A program made the position numbers and the translations under genes. DNA of 32,000 nucleotides from Rhabdonatronobacter sediminivivens. GTDB taxonomy: Bacteria; Pseudomonadota; Alphaproteobacteria; Rhodobacterales; Rhodobacteraceae. Below, in pieces: positions 16,555 to 24,510 of the stretch. The DNA lies in contig NZ_JACBXS010000036.1 in assembly GCF_013415485.1 (NCBI RefSeq), forward strand, positions 1-32,000, given 5' to 3'. Every line of letters begins with the position of its first letter. Position 1 is the first letter of the stretch. The notes below the pieces were generated by a model that did not search any database, was not told the DNA's origin, and saw only the letters and a program-made list of their open reading frames with translations.

Positions 16555-17300
16555 CCCGGCTGCTCTGGGGGGCGCTGGATTTCTCTGCCTATGGCTACGG
16601 GGTGCATCATGCCGCTGTCCTGGCCGCGCGGCTGGGCCTGCCGGCGATCTCGGCCATCGAATTCGGGGTTGCGGGCGGCAACGGGCTGCTGGCGCTGGAA
16701 CGCCATGCCGAACGGATCGAGGCGGACACCGGCGTGCGCATCGAGGTCTATGGCTTCGACACCGGCACCGGCATGCCTGCGCCGCAGGATTACCGCGACA
16801 TGCCCTACCGGTTCCGCGAAGGCAATTACCGGATGGATGTGGAGGCCTTGCGCGCCCGGCTGACCCGGGCCGAACTGGTGCTGGGCGATGTGGCCGAAAC
16901 CGCGGCGGGCTTCGCCGCCGCGCGCCGCCCCGCCCCCATCGGCTTCGCGGCTTTCGATCTGGATTACCATTCCTCGACCATGGCGGCCTTCAGGCTGTTC
17001 GCGGCCGATCACACCGCCTTTCTGCCGCGCTGCCAGCTGTATTTCGATGACATCATCGGCCACGAGATTTCATCCTACAACCGCTTTGTCGGCGAACTGG
17101 CCGCGATCGAGGATTTCAACGCCGCGCATGCGGAGATGAAGATCGCCCCCAGCATGGCCCTGCACCGCTTTCCCATCAACCTGATCTGGTATCACCAGAT
17201 CTATCTGCTGCACCGCTTCACCCATCCGCAATACGCAACCTATATCAGCGGCGCAGGCCCCGATTCCCTCTCCCTGCAGGGCCCCGCGGATGAGGGCTGA
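16467..17300 (+). CDS. Putative class-I SAM-dependent methyltransferase-like protein
   Basis: MRYTKPTDIPG... with AISAIEFGVAGGNGLLALE (a GxGxG-like motif I) and FAAFDLDYHSST. AGGAG lies 11 nt upstream of ATG 16467, so the track start 16446 is rejected. Confidence 0.75.
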   Translation: MRYTKPTDIPGTSLRYREKLRRDENADYLTRLLWGALDFSAYGYGVHHAAVLAARLGLPAISAIEFGVAGGNGLLALERHAERIEADTGVRIEVYGFDTGTGMPAPQDYRDMPYRFREGNYRMDVEALRARLTRAELVLGDVAETAAGFAAARRPAPIGFAAFDLDYHSSTMAAFRLFAADHTAFLPRCQLYFDDIIGHEISSYNRFVGELAAIEDFNAAHAEMKIAPSMALHRFPINLIWYHQIYLLHRFTHPQYATYISGAGPDSLSLQGPADEG

Positions 17301-17482
17301 GCGCGCGGCCAGGCTGGCGGGCGGCGCCCTGCCCGTATCCTGTCGGCATCTTGCCCGTGCCGGGGCCGCATGCCAGTCTGGCGCAGTTTTCATGCGACGT
17401 GACATGCTCTGCAAACCCGGACCCATATGCCCATGCCTGTGACGCCCTGCCCGCATATCCAGACCGGTGCCCCCCGCGCCCA

Positions 17483-17530
17483 TCTGGCATCACGCGCCCC
17501 TCTGGCATCACGCGCCCCTCTGGCATCACC
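17483..17530 (+). repeat. 18-bp direct tandem repeat x2.7 (tctggcatcacgcgcccc) in the 278-bp gap upstream of the 1716-aa gene
   Basis: 17483-17500 and 17501-17518 are identical. 17519-17530 is a partial third copy. The repeat ends 49 nt before ATG 17579. Confidence 0.9.
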
Positions 17531-17578
17531 CCCGGCCCGATACGTCCTTGTCCTTTCGCCGCTGTCCAGGAACCGCCC

Positions 17579-20500
17579 ATGACCTTCGAAGAACAGTTGA
17601 CGATCCTGCGTGCCTCGCGGCATCTGCACAGGAAGTGGTATCTTCAGACCTATCCCGAAGTGGCCGCCGAAGGGGCCGATCCGGCCGAACACTACCTGCG
17701 CGAGGGGGCGCTCAAAGGGTACAGCCCCGGCAAGTTCTTCGACACGCAGTTGTATCTTTCACTCTATCCCGATGTCGCGGAAAGCGGTCTCAATCCGCTG
17801 GTGCATTACGAACGCATCGGGGCGGGCGAAAACCGCATCGCCAACCCCACCCGGGCGGCCATGCGCGACCGGCAGGAAAAGGTGCGCGCCATCCGCCGCG
17901 CAGAGCAGCAGGGCAACGGCCAGCCCCCCGGAAACAGCGTCGGCACCCCCGCCGAACCCTCCTCCCCCCCCCGCACTGCGGCACCCGCGGCAGAGTGGCG
18001 TGCGAAGGAAGGGTTGCAGAAGGTCATCCGCGGGATCGATTTCACCAAGCGGCGGAACTTTCTGCTGTTCTCGGCCCTGCATGCGGCGACGGATGCGCAG
18101 ATTGCGAAACATGCGGACCTGACCCGCGCGCTGTGTCGGCTGATCACCGATCTTGGCCTCACCTGGCACCAGGGGGGCACCGGGCCGAAACCTGCCACCG
18201 CGGGGGCGCGCCCGGGTATCGCGGTGCTGACCACAGGCAGCTTTGATCCCGAAACCGATCGCGCCCTGCTGGATCTTGCCCGGAGCGAAAACCCGGGCGC
18301 GGATATCCTGATCTGCGCGCCCGAAGGGGTCATCGACATCCAGCCCGCCCCGGGCTGCGCCCCTGATGAGGGGGTCGCGGAAGCGCCGGAGCCTGGCCCT
18401 GCTGCGGGATCGGGCAGATCGCGGCCCGGACCATGCGCCACGCTGGCCCGGGCGCTGGCCCGGGCCAGCCGCGCCTATACCCATGACGCCCCGGCGGGCA
18501 TGGATGCGCTGATCCGGGGCGTGCCGCTGACCGTCACCGGCGATCCGTTCTACGCGGGCTGGGGGTTCACCGATGACCGCGCCGCGCTGCGCGGGCGGGA
18601 GCGCCAGCTGGATGTGACCGGGTTCCTGACGATCCTGTTCTTCCTGCTGCCGGACGACCCCTCCCCGTCCGGAGATCCCGTCGCCAGGGTACTGGACCGG
18701 ATCATCGCCACATACCGGGGGGGGACCGCGCGCAGCGCGGCGGCACTGCCCGACAGATCGGGGCTGATGTCCTATGCCGCCGCCCGCAAGGCCAGGGCCG
18801 AAACCCCCGATGCCCCCCGCTACCAGGCTCATGTCAAGGCCAGGATGGCCCTGAACAGCGCCGCCCTGGCGGCCTGCCAGGCGGGCACCTGGCCGGCCTT
18901 TCTCGAAACCCCTGTGCGCGCGCATCTGTCCCTCGGCACGCGCCGGGAAATGGTCGACCGGCTGATCGGCCAGGCGGGGCTGGCGCGGCTGCGCACGGGC
19001 GCGGCGCGGCGCCTGCTGGCCGCGATGATCTGCGGGCTGGCCCATACCGCCGATCATCTGGACCCGGTGATGCCCGAGGTGGCCCGGCTTCTGGGCCGCG
19101 GGGAATGCGCGCGGCTGATTTCGGCGCTGGCGCGCATCTCGGGGCGCCCCTCGGCGACGCTGGTGCCCGGCTGGATGAGCGATGCCGGGGCAGGCACAGG
19201 GGCAGGGACAGGAGCAGGCACGGGGAGCCCCGCAGCCGCACCCGATGACCTGATGCTGGCGGTGATGCAGGTCCTGCCGGGCCAGGGGGGGGACGGGCTG
19301 CCAACGCTGCTGGACTGGGCGCAGCAGTGCCAGGCGCGCGGGCATCGTGGAGCGGCACTGCAGTTGCTGGAATGCTGTTTCCTGACCGGGCGCTGCCCGC
19401 CCGAGGCGCTGGCCCTGGCCATCGACCTGCTTTGGCAGGGGTTCGAGGTCGCGGCCGCGACCGAGATGCTGACCCTTGCCGCGCGCTGCTGGCCCGAATG
19501 GCAGGGCGGGCATTTCCCCATCCTGCTGGCGCAATTGACGGCAGTGCGCGGCGATGCACCGGCCACGCTTGACGCCCTGATCGGCGTCGCCCATGCCGGC
19601 GCTGCCGATGCCCTGCGCAACGCCACATTTGACGCGCTGCTGGCCCGGCATTACCCCGGCCTGCCGCTGACGGCGGCGCTGGAACGCATGGCGACAGAGG
19701 GGGGTCAGCCGGATGAGGACGGGTCCGGACAGGCCCCCGATCCACTGGCCCCCGATCCACTGGCCCCCGATCCACTGGCCCGCGCGCGCTATCTGTCCGG
19801 CCAGCGCCGCCCGGCCGAGGCCCAGGCCCTGCTGGCCGCGCTTCCGGAGGCCGAAGCCGACAGCGATGCCGCGCGGATCGAGATGAGCACCGCCCTGGCG
19901 CTGCAGGGCCGTTTCAAACAGGCCGACACCCTGCTGGGCCCGAACCCCGAAGGCGCCTGCTTTGACCAGGCGGTCCGGCTGGCCGCGCTTGTCGGCGATA
20001 CCGCCCGGGCAAAGGCCCTGGCCAGCATGGCACGCCGGCGCAAGACCGCGCTGGCCCCCGCAACCCGGCGTCTGATGCACCAGACACGCGGCGATTTTGC
20101 CGGCACGATGGAGGCCTGGCGCGCCGATCCTGCCGCCGCGCTGGCCGCGCGCCATCTGGGCATCCGGCTGGCGCGCAGCCTGCAGGCCCTGACCGCCGGA
20201 ACCGGCCAGCGGCTGCTGGTGGCAATGGTCGACACGCCCGGCGGCGATGCGGCCTGGAGCGGGCTTCTGCCCCGGCTGGCCAGGGCCTGTGCCGGGCATG
20301 AGCTGCATATCGCCTGCGACCGGGGCCTGGCGCCGGTTCTGGCGCGGTCCTTCCCGCAGATCGCATTCGTGCCCTGCGCGCGCCAGCCCGGACCGATACC
20401 GGTCACCGACAGGCCCGGCCACCTGCCCGCGGCCGAGCTTCTGGCGCTGTTCGATGCCGAGGGCTGGGACGCCGCCATCGCCGCGGACCGGGTTGCGCTG

Positions 20501-22729
20501 ATCACCGATCTGGCCGCCGATCTGGCCGACAGTCCCGCCGCGTTCGACCCCCGCCCCGGCCTGCTGCCCGACCCCGTCCGGGTGGAGGCCTGGCAGGCAC
20601 GGCTGGAGGGGTTGCCGCGCCCGCTGGTGGGGCTTGCCTGGCGCGGCGGGCGCGGCAACGGGCTGCTGGCGCGGATGGAGGATCTGACCCCGCAGGAGGT
20701 TGCGCATCTGGTCCAGGCCGCCGAGGCCGGTTTCCTGTGCCTGCACGGACCCGAGGCCGCCGCCGATCTGCGCGAGATCGATGCCGCGGGCACCAACCGG
20801 GTGGTGCGGCCCGCCGACCTGGCCCCCGATCCCGCAGCAGACCCGGCAGCAGGCCCGGCCACCGACCCGGTTGCGGACCCCGAGGAGATGCTGGCGCTGA
20901 TGGCCTGTCTTGATGCGGTGATCGCCACCGATCCGCAGACCCGCGCGCTGGCGGGGGCGGGCGGCTGCCGGGTCTGGTACCCGGCACCGATGCCGTCCAA
21001 CCGGGACTGGGGGCGTTTCGCGCTGATGGAAACCGATTACCGCTTCGCCACGGCCACCTATGTGGATGCGCCCCGCCCCGGCGACCGCTCCGGGCTGGTG
21101 AAACGGCTGGCGCAGGGGGTTGCCGAACTGGCCCGTGACGATCTGAACCGCCGTCTTGACCGGATCGAGACGCTTCTGGCCACCGAGAACGCGGGCAGCG
21201 AGGCGATGAACTATGAATTCCGCCGCGCCATCATCGATGCCGAGGAAGACATCCTGACCCACCGCATCCACCGTGATGCCCGCTACTGGGCGATCCGCGC
21301 GCGGGTGGTGGAGAAACTGGGCGTGCGCGCCGAAGCGGCGCTGTGCTGGGGCCAGGCCTGCGCCCAGACCCGCACGCCTGATCCCGCCCTTCTGCGCGCC
21401 CACTGGATCGCACAGGTCTGGGCCGGCCAGCCCGACCTGGCCGAACGCTTCGGCCCGGTGGATCACACCGACCTCCCGGCCGAGGCGCTGTCCCATGTCA
21501 CCACATTGCGCAACGACCGCATTGCCAATGACCTGTGCGACGAGGGGCTGCACCTGCTGGCCGAAGGCCAGCGCGAGAGCGCCGCCGACAAGTTCCGCCA
21601 GGCCGTGCGCGCCTCGTGGCAGCAGCCAGACCATGGCGCGCCGCTGGAGGAGATGGTCACGCGGCTGGCCCGGCTTGATGTCTTTGCCAACCCGCCCGCG
21701 CCCCGGCGCGAAATCGCCATGCGGGTCCGCGCGCTGCCGGATCTGACCTCGTATATCACCCATGCCTCGACCCTGCCGGCGCAAAGCCATCGCGGGCAGG
21801 CGGATCTGGCGGCAGATCAGCCGCGCTCGGTCTTCTGTTCGGGGTATATCTTCTCGGGCTCGGGGGCGGTGGTGGATTTCCTGCGCCAGAGCGCGGCGGT
21901 CACCGTGCCGGGCTATGTGGATGGCGACATCCAGCCCTTCGATACCGAACTCAACATCCTGCGCCGTTTCTACGGGCTGCAGCATCTGCTGGACCTGCCG
22001 CCTGAACAGCTGTCGATCGAACATCTGGGCGAATTCCTGCTGGGCTCGGTGCTGGGGCTGATCGCGTATCCCTCGGACCGCTACCGGCTGGACATGTCGC
22101 GCAAACGCTCGCTGCGCGGCGCCTTCGAAGCCACCGGCCGGATGCCCGACCTGATCGATCTGTGCGATCTTCTGCTGGATACGGTTGAAAGCGGCAGCGG
22201 CCCCGATGCCGAGATCATCCTGGATGCCGCCTGTCGCATGGTGAACGGTCTGGCGCCACGGCTGGCCCGGCCCGGTCAGCCGGTGGTGCTGTGGAACAAC
22301 TGCATCCAGGCCTGGAACGCGCGCACCCTGGCGGTGATGGAGCGGTCGGTGATGGTTGCCGTGCAGCGCGATCCGCGCGACCAGTATGCGTCCCAATTCT
22401 ATGAGCGTGGCGACAAGGACCGCCGGAACGAGCTGGAGAACTTCATCTCCCGCACGCATCATCACCAGCGCATGCGCGCACAGCTGGACCTGATACCGGG
22501 GCTGCGCGCGCGCATCCTGGATGTGCGTTTCGAGGATGTGGTCACCGATCCGGACACCCGCGCCAGGCTTCTGGACTTCGCCGCCCTTCCCTCAGACGGG
22601 TTCCGCGAGGGGCTGTATTTCCAGCCCCCGGACTCGCTGCGCAACATCGGCATTCACCGCGCCTTCCCCGATCAGGACGCCATCGGACGGATCGCGCGGG
22701 AATTCCCGGACCTGCTCTGGAAAGGCTGA
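17579..22729 (+). CDS. 1716-aa megaprotein: shared N-module, KpsC/KpsS-like domain, TPR/helical region, GT9-like GT-B domain, second helical region, and sulfotransferase-like domain
   Basis: MTFEEQLTILRASRHLHRKWYLQTYPEVAAEGADPAEHYLREGALKGYSPGKFFDTQLYLSLYPDVAESGLNPLVHYERIG. KpsC/S-like: THDAPAGMDALIRGVPLTVTGDPFYAGWGFTDDR. GT9-like: LVGLAWRGGRGNG...EEMLALMACLDAVIATDPQTRALAGAGGCRVWYPAP...DW. Sulfotransferase-like: YIFSGSGAVVDFL, VQRDPRDQYASQ, VRFEDVVTDPDTRARLLDFAAL, NIGIH. AGGA lies 9 nt upstream of ATG 17579, so the track start 17351 is rejected. Confidence 0.9.
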   Translation: MTFEEQLTILRASRHLHRKWYLQTYPEVAAEGADPAEHYLREGALKGYSPGKFFDTQLYLSLYPDVAESGLNPLVHYERIGAGENRIANPTRAAMRDRQEKVRAIRRAEQQGNGQPPGNSVGTPAEPSSPPRTAAPAAEWRAKEGLQKVIRGIDFTKRRNFLLFSALHAATDAQIAKHADLTRALCRLITDLGLTWHQGGTGPKPATAGARPGIAVLTTGSFDPETDRALLDLARSENPGADILICAPEGVIDIQPAPGCAPDEGVAEAPEPGPAAGSGRSRPGPCATLARALARASRAYTHDAPAGMDALIRGVPLTVTGDPFYAGWGFTDDRAALRGRERQLDVTGFLTILFFLLPDDPSPSGDPVARVLDRIIATYRGGTARSAAALPDRSGLMSYAAARKARAETPDAPRYQAHVKARMALNSAALAACQAGTWPAFLETPVRAHLSLGTRREMVDRLIGQAGLARLRTGAARRLLAAMICGLAHTADHLDPVMPEVARLLGRGECARLISALARISGRPSATLVPGWMSDAGAGTGAGTGAGTGSPAAAPDDLMLAVMQVLPGQGGDGLPTLLDWAQQCQARGHRGAALQLLECCFLTGRCPPEALALAIDLLWQGFEVAAATEMLTLAARCWPEWQGGHFPILLAQLTAVRGDAPATLDALIGVAHAGAADALRNATFDALLARHYPGLPLTAALERMATEGGQPDEDGSGQAPDPLAPDPLAPDPLARARYLSGQRRPAEAQALLAALPEAEADSDAARIEMSTALALQGRFKQADTLLGPNPEGACFDQAVRLAALVGDTARAKALASMARRRKTALAPATRRLMHQTRGDFAGTMEAWRADPAAALAARHLGIRLARSLQALTAGTGQRLLVAMVDTPGGDAAWSGLLPRLARACAGHELHIACDRGLAPVLARSFPQIAFVPCARQPGPIPVTDRPGHLPAAELLALFDAEGWDAAIAADRVALITDLAADLADSPAAFDPRPGLLPDPVRVEAWQARLEGLPRPLVGLAWRGGRGNGLLARMEDLTPQEVAHLVQAAEAGFLCLHGPEAAADLREIDAAGTNRVVRPADLAPDPAADPAAGPATDPVADPEEMLALMACLDAVIATDPQTRALAGAGGCRVWYPAPMPSNRDWGRFALMETDYRFATATYVDAPRPGDRSGLVKRLAQGVAELARDDLNRRLDRIETLLATENAGSEAMNYEFRRAIIDAEEDILTHRIHRDARYWAIRARVVEKLGVRAEAALCWGQACAQTRTPDPALLRAHWIAQVWAGQPDLAERFGPVDHTDLPAEALSHVTTLRNDRIANDLCDEGLHLLAEGQRESAADKFRQAVRASWQQPDHGAPLEEMVTRLARLDVFANPPAPRREIAMRVRALPDLTSYITHASTLPAQSHRGQADLAADQPRSVFCSGYIFSGSGAVVDFLRQSAAVTVPGYVDGDIQPFDTELNILRRFYGLQHLLDLPPEQLSIEHLGEFLLGSVLGLIAYPSDRYRLDMSRKRSLRGAFEATGRMPDLIDLCDLLLDTVESGSGPDAEIILDAACRMVNGLAPRLARPGQPVVLWNNCIQAWNARTLAVMERSVMVAVQRDPRDQYASQFYERGDKDRRNELENFISRTHHHQRMRAQLDLIPGLRARILDVRFEDVVTDPDTRARLLDFAALPSDGFREGLYFQPPDSLRNIGIHRAFPDQDAIGRIAREFPDLLWKG
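18451..18599 (+). repeat. 149-bp tract, identical except for one base, to 12367-12515 (copy B)
   Basis: See copy A. Both copies encode the identical peptide ALARASRAYTHDAPAGMDALIRGVPLTVTGDPFYAGWGFTDDRAALRGR. Confidence 0.9.
19187..19222 (+). repeat. Imperfect 12-bp x3 in-frame repeat, encoding (GAGT)3
   Basis: ggggcaggcaca / ggggcagggaca / ggagcaggcacg, inside the 1716-aa gene. Confidence 0.8.
19732..19780 (+). repeat. Perfect 15-bp x3.3 in-frame tandem repeat, encoding (PDPLA)3
   Basis: cccgatccactggcc occurs at 19736-19750, 19751-19765 and 19766-19780, preceded by a partial ggcc. Confidence 0.95.
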
Positions 22730-22907
22730 GGGCCATATGCGGATCCACCCCGCCCCCCTGCGTGTGAAGCTGCCTGCAGAAGTGACCCACTCGGGTGGAT
22801 TTGCGGTTCTCGCCCCCGGCAGTTGCGGATAACCTGCAGGCCGGGCCGCCGAAACTGCCAGCGTCACGGTGGGGTGCCCGGCCACAAGGGAAGACTGGAC
22901 CCGTGCA

Positions 22908-23660
22908 ATGACCGGCTTTGCAGACAGCAGGAAAAACAGACCCGCAGACACGCGAAGCCCTTCGAAGGAGACGGATGCTTCGGCGCCATCCGCGCTCGAT
23001 GTGGCCATCGCATCCCTGGCGACCCGGGGCAAGCTGCGCTTCGTGCAGGTCGGTGCCAATGACGGCAAGCTGGAAGACCCGATACATCACCATGTTCTGG
23101 CGCATGGGGCCGAGGCCCTTCTGATCGAACCCCAGCCCTGGCTGATCGCGGCGCTGCGCGACAATTACGCCGCCTTTCGCGGCAAGCTGATGATCGAGAA
23201 CATCGCCATCGGCCCGGACCACGGCACGCTGTCCCTGCATACCCTGAAGCGCGCGTTCTGGGACGATTACACCGCCCGGGACGGCCGCAGCCCGACCATC
23301 CTGTTCTCCCCGGACCGGGATCTGCTCAGACGCCGTATTGCCAGACGCATGAAGGTGGACATCGACGAGGCCGAGCGGCGCCTGGACACCATCGATGTGC
23401 CCATGGCGCCGCTGTCGGATGTGCTGGCCCGCCACGGCATGACGGATATCGACGTGCTGCAGGTCGATTGCGAGGGCTGGGACGTCAAGGTCATCCTGTC
23501 GCTGGGAGAGGTCCGCCCCGCCGTGATCCATTTCGAATCCCTGAGCCTGAGCGACGCCGACAGGCAGGCGTTTTCGGACTGGAGCAGGCAGAACGGTTAT
23601 GGCTGCATTCAGGGCTGGAAGGACACGCTGGCGATCCGCGGCCTGTCCCATCCCGCATGA
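22908..23660 (+). CDS. FkbM-family methyltransferase
   Basis: LRFVQVGANDGKLEDPI, LLIEPQP, IDVLQVDCEGWDVKVILSL, VIHFES. The start is uncertain: ATG 22908 or GTG 22869. Confidence 0.85.
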   Translation: MTGFADSRKNRPADTRSPSKETDASAPSALDVAIASLATRGKLRFVQVGANDGKLEDPIHHHVLAHGAEALLIEPQPWLIAALRDNYAAFRGKLMIENIAIGPDHGTLSLHTLKRAFWDDYTARDGRSPTILFSPDRDLLRRRIARRMKVDIDEAERRLDTIDVPMAPLSDVLARHGMTDIDVLQVDCEGWDVKVILSLGEVRPAVIHFESLSLSDADRQAFSDWSRQNGYGCIQGWKDTLAIRGLSHPA

Positions 23661-23661
23661 C

Positions 23662-23680
23662 CGCGCCCCCCGTGGGCGCG
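23662..23680. terminator. 7-bp GC stem with 5-nt loop in the 46-bp gap between convergent operons
   Basis: cgcgccc-cccgt-gggcgcg, starting 2 nt after the FkbM stop. No U-tract. Confidence 0.35.
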
Positions 23681-23706
23681 CAGGGTGCAGGCCGGGCACA
23701 GGGGGG

Positions 23707-24426
23707 CTAGAGCAGGCTGATCCCCCGCGCCTTGCGCGCCAGGGCAATGTCTTCGAGCAGGTGGAACTGGTCCTCCCAGTCGATATCCATGACCAGCCGT
23801 TCGGGCATGTCATGCAGATACGGGTTGGTGCCGATCCGGTCATCGACCGCGCGCATCCGGGCGAAGGGCATCAGATAGGCGGCGTGGTTGATCTCGAACA
23901 GCGGCTTGATGTCCTGGCTGCGGGGCCATTTCTCGACCGTGTTGTCGTAATTGTAAGGGCCGTTTTCATCCCAGATGAACTTGTGCAGCGTGGTGACGGT
24001 GACCAGGCTGTCATGGCCCCGCGCTTCGGCCGCCCGCCAGGCGGCGATCAGGTCCGCAAACACCGCCGCGGTGAGGAACGGATGCGTCACATGGGTCATC
24101 ATCATCACGCCGGTCTCGCGCAGGGTCGCGGCGTAGCGGATGAAGGCGCTAATCGGGGTTGAGGACGCGCCCAGCTCATCGGGGCGTTCGATGGGACTCA
24201 CGCGGCGGTCATGGTCCCGGGCAAACTGCGTGGCATAGTCCAGCACCACGGGATCATTGGTCGAGACAATGATCTCCGAGACCTCGGGCACCCGGGCAAG
24301 CTGGTTCAGCTTCAGCTCCAGCAACCCGCCGTCGAAGCCGGCGAAGGGGCGGGTGTTCTTCTGCTTCACCCGCTCGCTGCCCGCGCGGGCGGGGATCAGG
24401 GCGATGACCCTGCCTGTGTCAGTCAT
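23707..24426 (-). CDS. Acylneuraminate cytidylyltransferase-family protein (CMP-ulosonic acid synthetase-like), paralog 1
   Basis: VIALIPARAGSERVKQKNTRPFAG is the N-terminal CTP_transf_3-type motif. 239 aa. Confidence 0.85.
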   Translation of the reverse strand: MTDTGRVIALIPARAGSERVKQKNTRPFAGFDGGLLELKLNQLARVPEVSEIIVSTNDPVVLDYATQFARDHDRRVSPIERPDELGASSTPISAFIRYAATLRETGVMMMTHVTHPFLTAAVFADLIAAWRAAEARGHDSLVTVTTLHKFIWDENGPYNYDNTVEKWPRSQDIKPLFEINHAAYLMPFARMRAVDDRIGTNPYLHDMPERLVMDIDWEDQFHLLEDIALARKARGISLL

Positions 24427-24510
24427 GCGTGCGGTATCCCGTTGCTGCAGTCATGGGGCGCACCCCGCGCAGGCAAACCCCGGCCGGGGCGCAGCGATCA
24501 CGCGGACCCG

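Noticed and set aside
17483-17530. Possible sigma54 promoter (TGGCA in each repeat copy) or a mini-CRISPR
   Set aside because: No TTGC element lies 5 nt downstream of any TGGCA(C/T), so the -24/-12 pattern is not met. The repeats are contiguous with no spacers and no cas genes are present, so this is not a CRISPR.
17351-17578. N-terminal extension of the 1716-aa ORF containing (PSGITR)3; similar upstream extensions occur at 5495, 3835, 25410, 31911 and 16446
   Set aside because: The extensions have poor codon usage. They cover intergenic repeats or promoters and precede internal ATG/GTG codons that have proper RBSs. Those internal starts align with the N-termini of paralogues or of the known family.
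17759-22465. 1568-aa minus-strand ORF
   Set aside because: It lies antisense to the 1716-aa gene and has the same low-complexity Arg/Gly/Pro/Gln composition. Its VMHQRIETAFRDIGIE segment is simply the mirror image of the conserved N-module coding sequence.
22730-22907. Long-range inverted repeat atccaccc (22743-22750) / gggtggat (22793-22800) after the megaprotein stop
   Set aside because: The arms are only 8 bp with a 42-nt loop and no U-tract. This could easily arise by chance in GC-rich DNA and is not convincing as a terminator or riboswitch.
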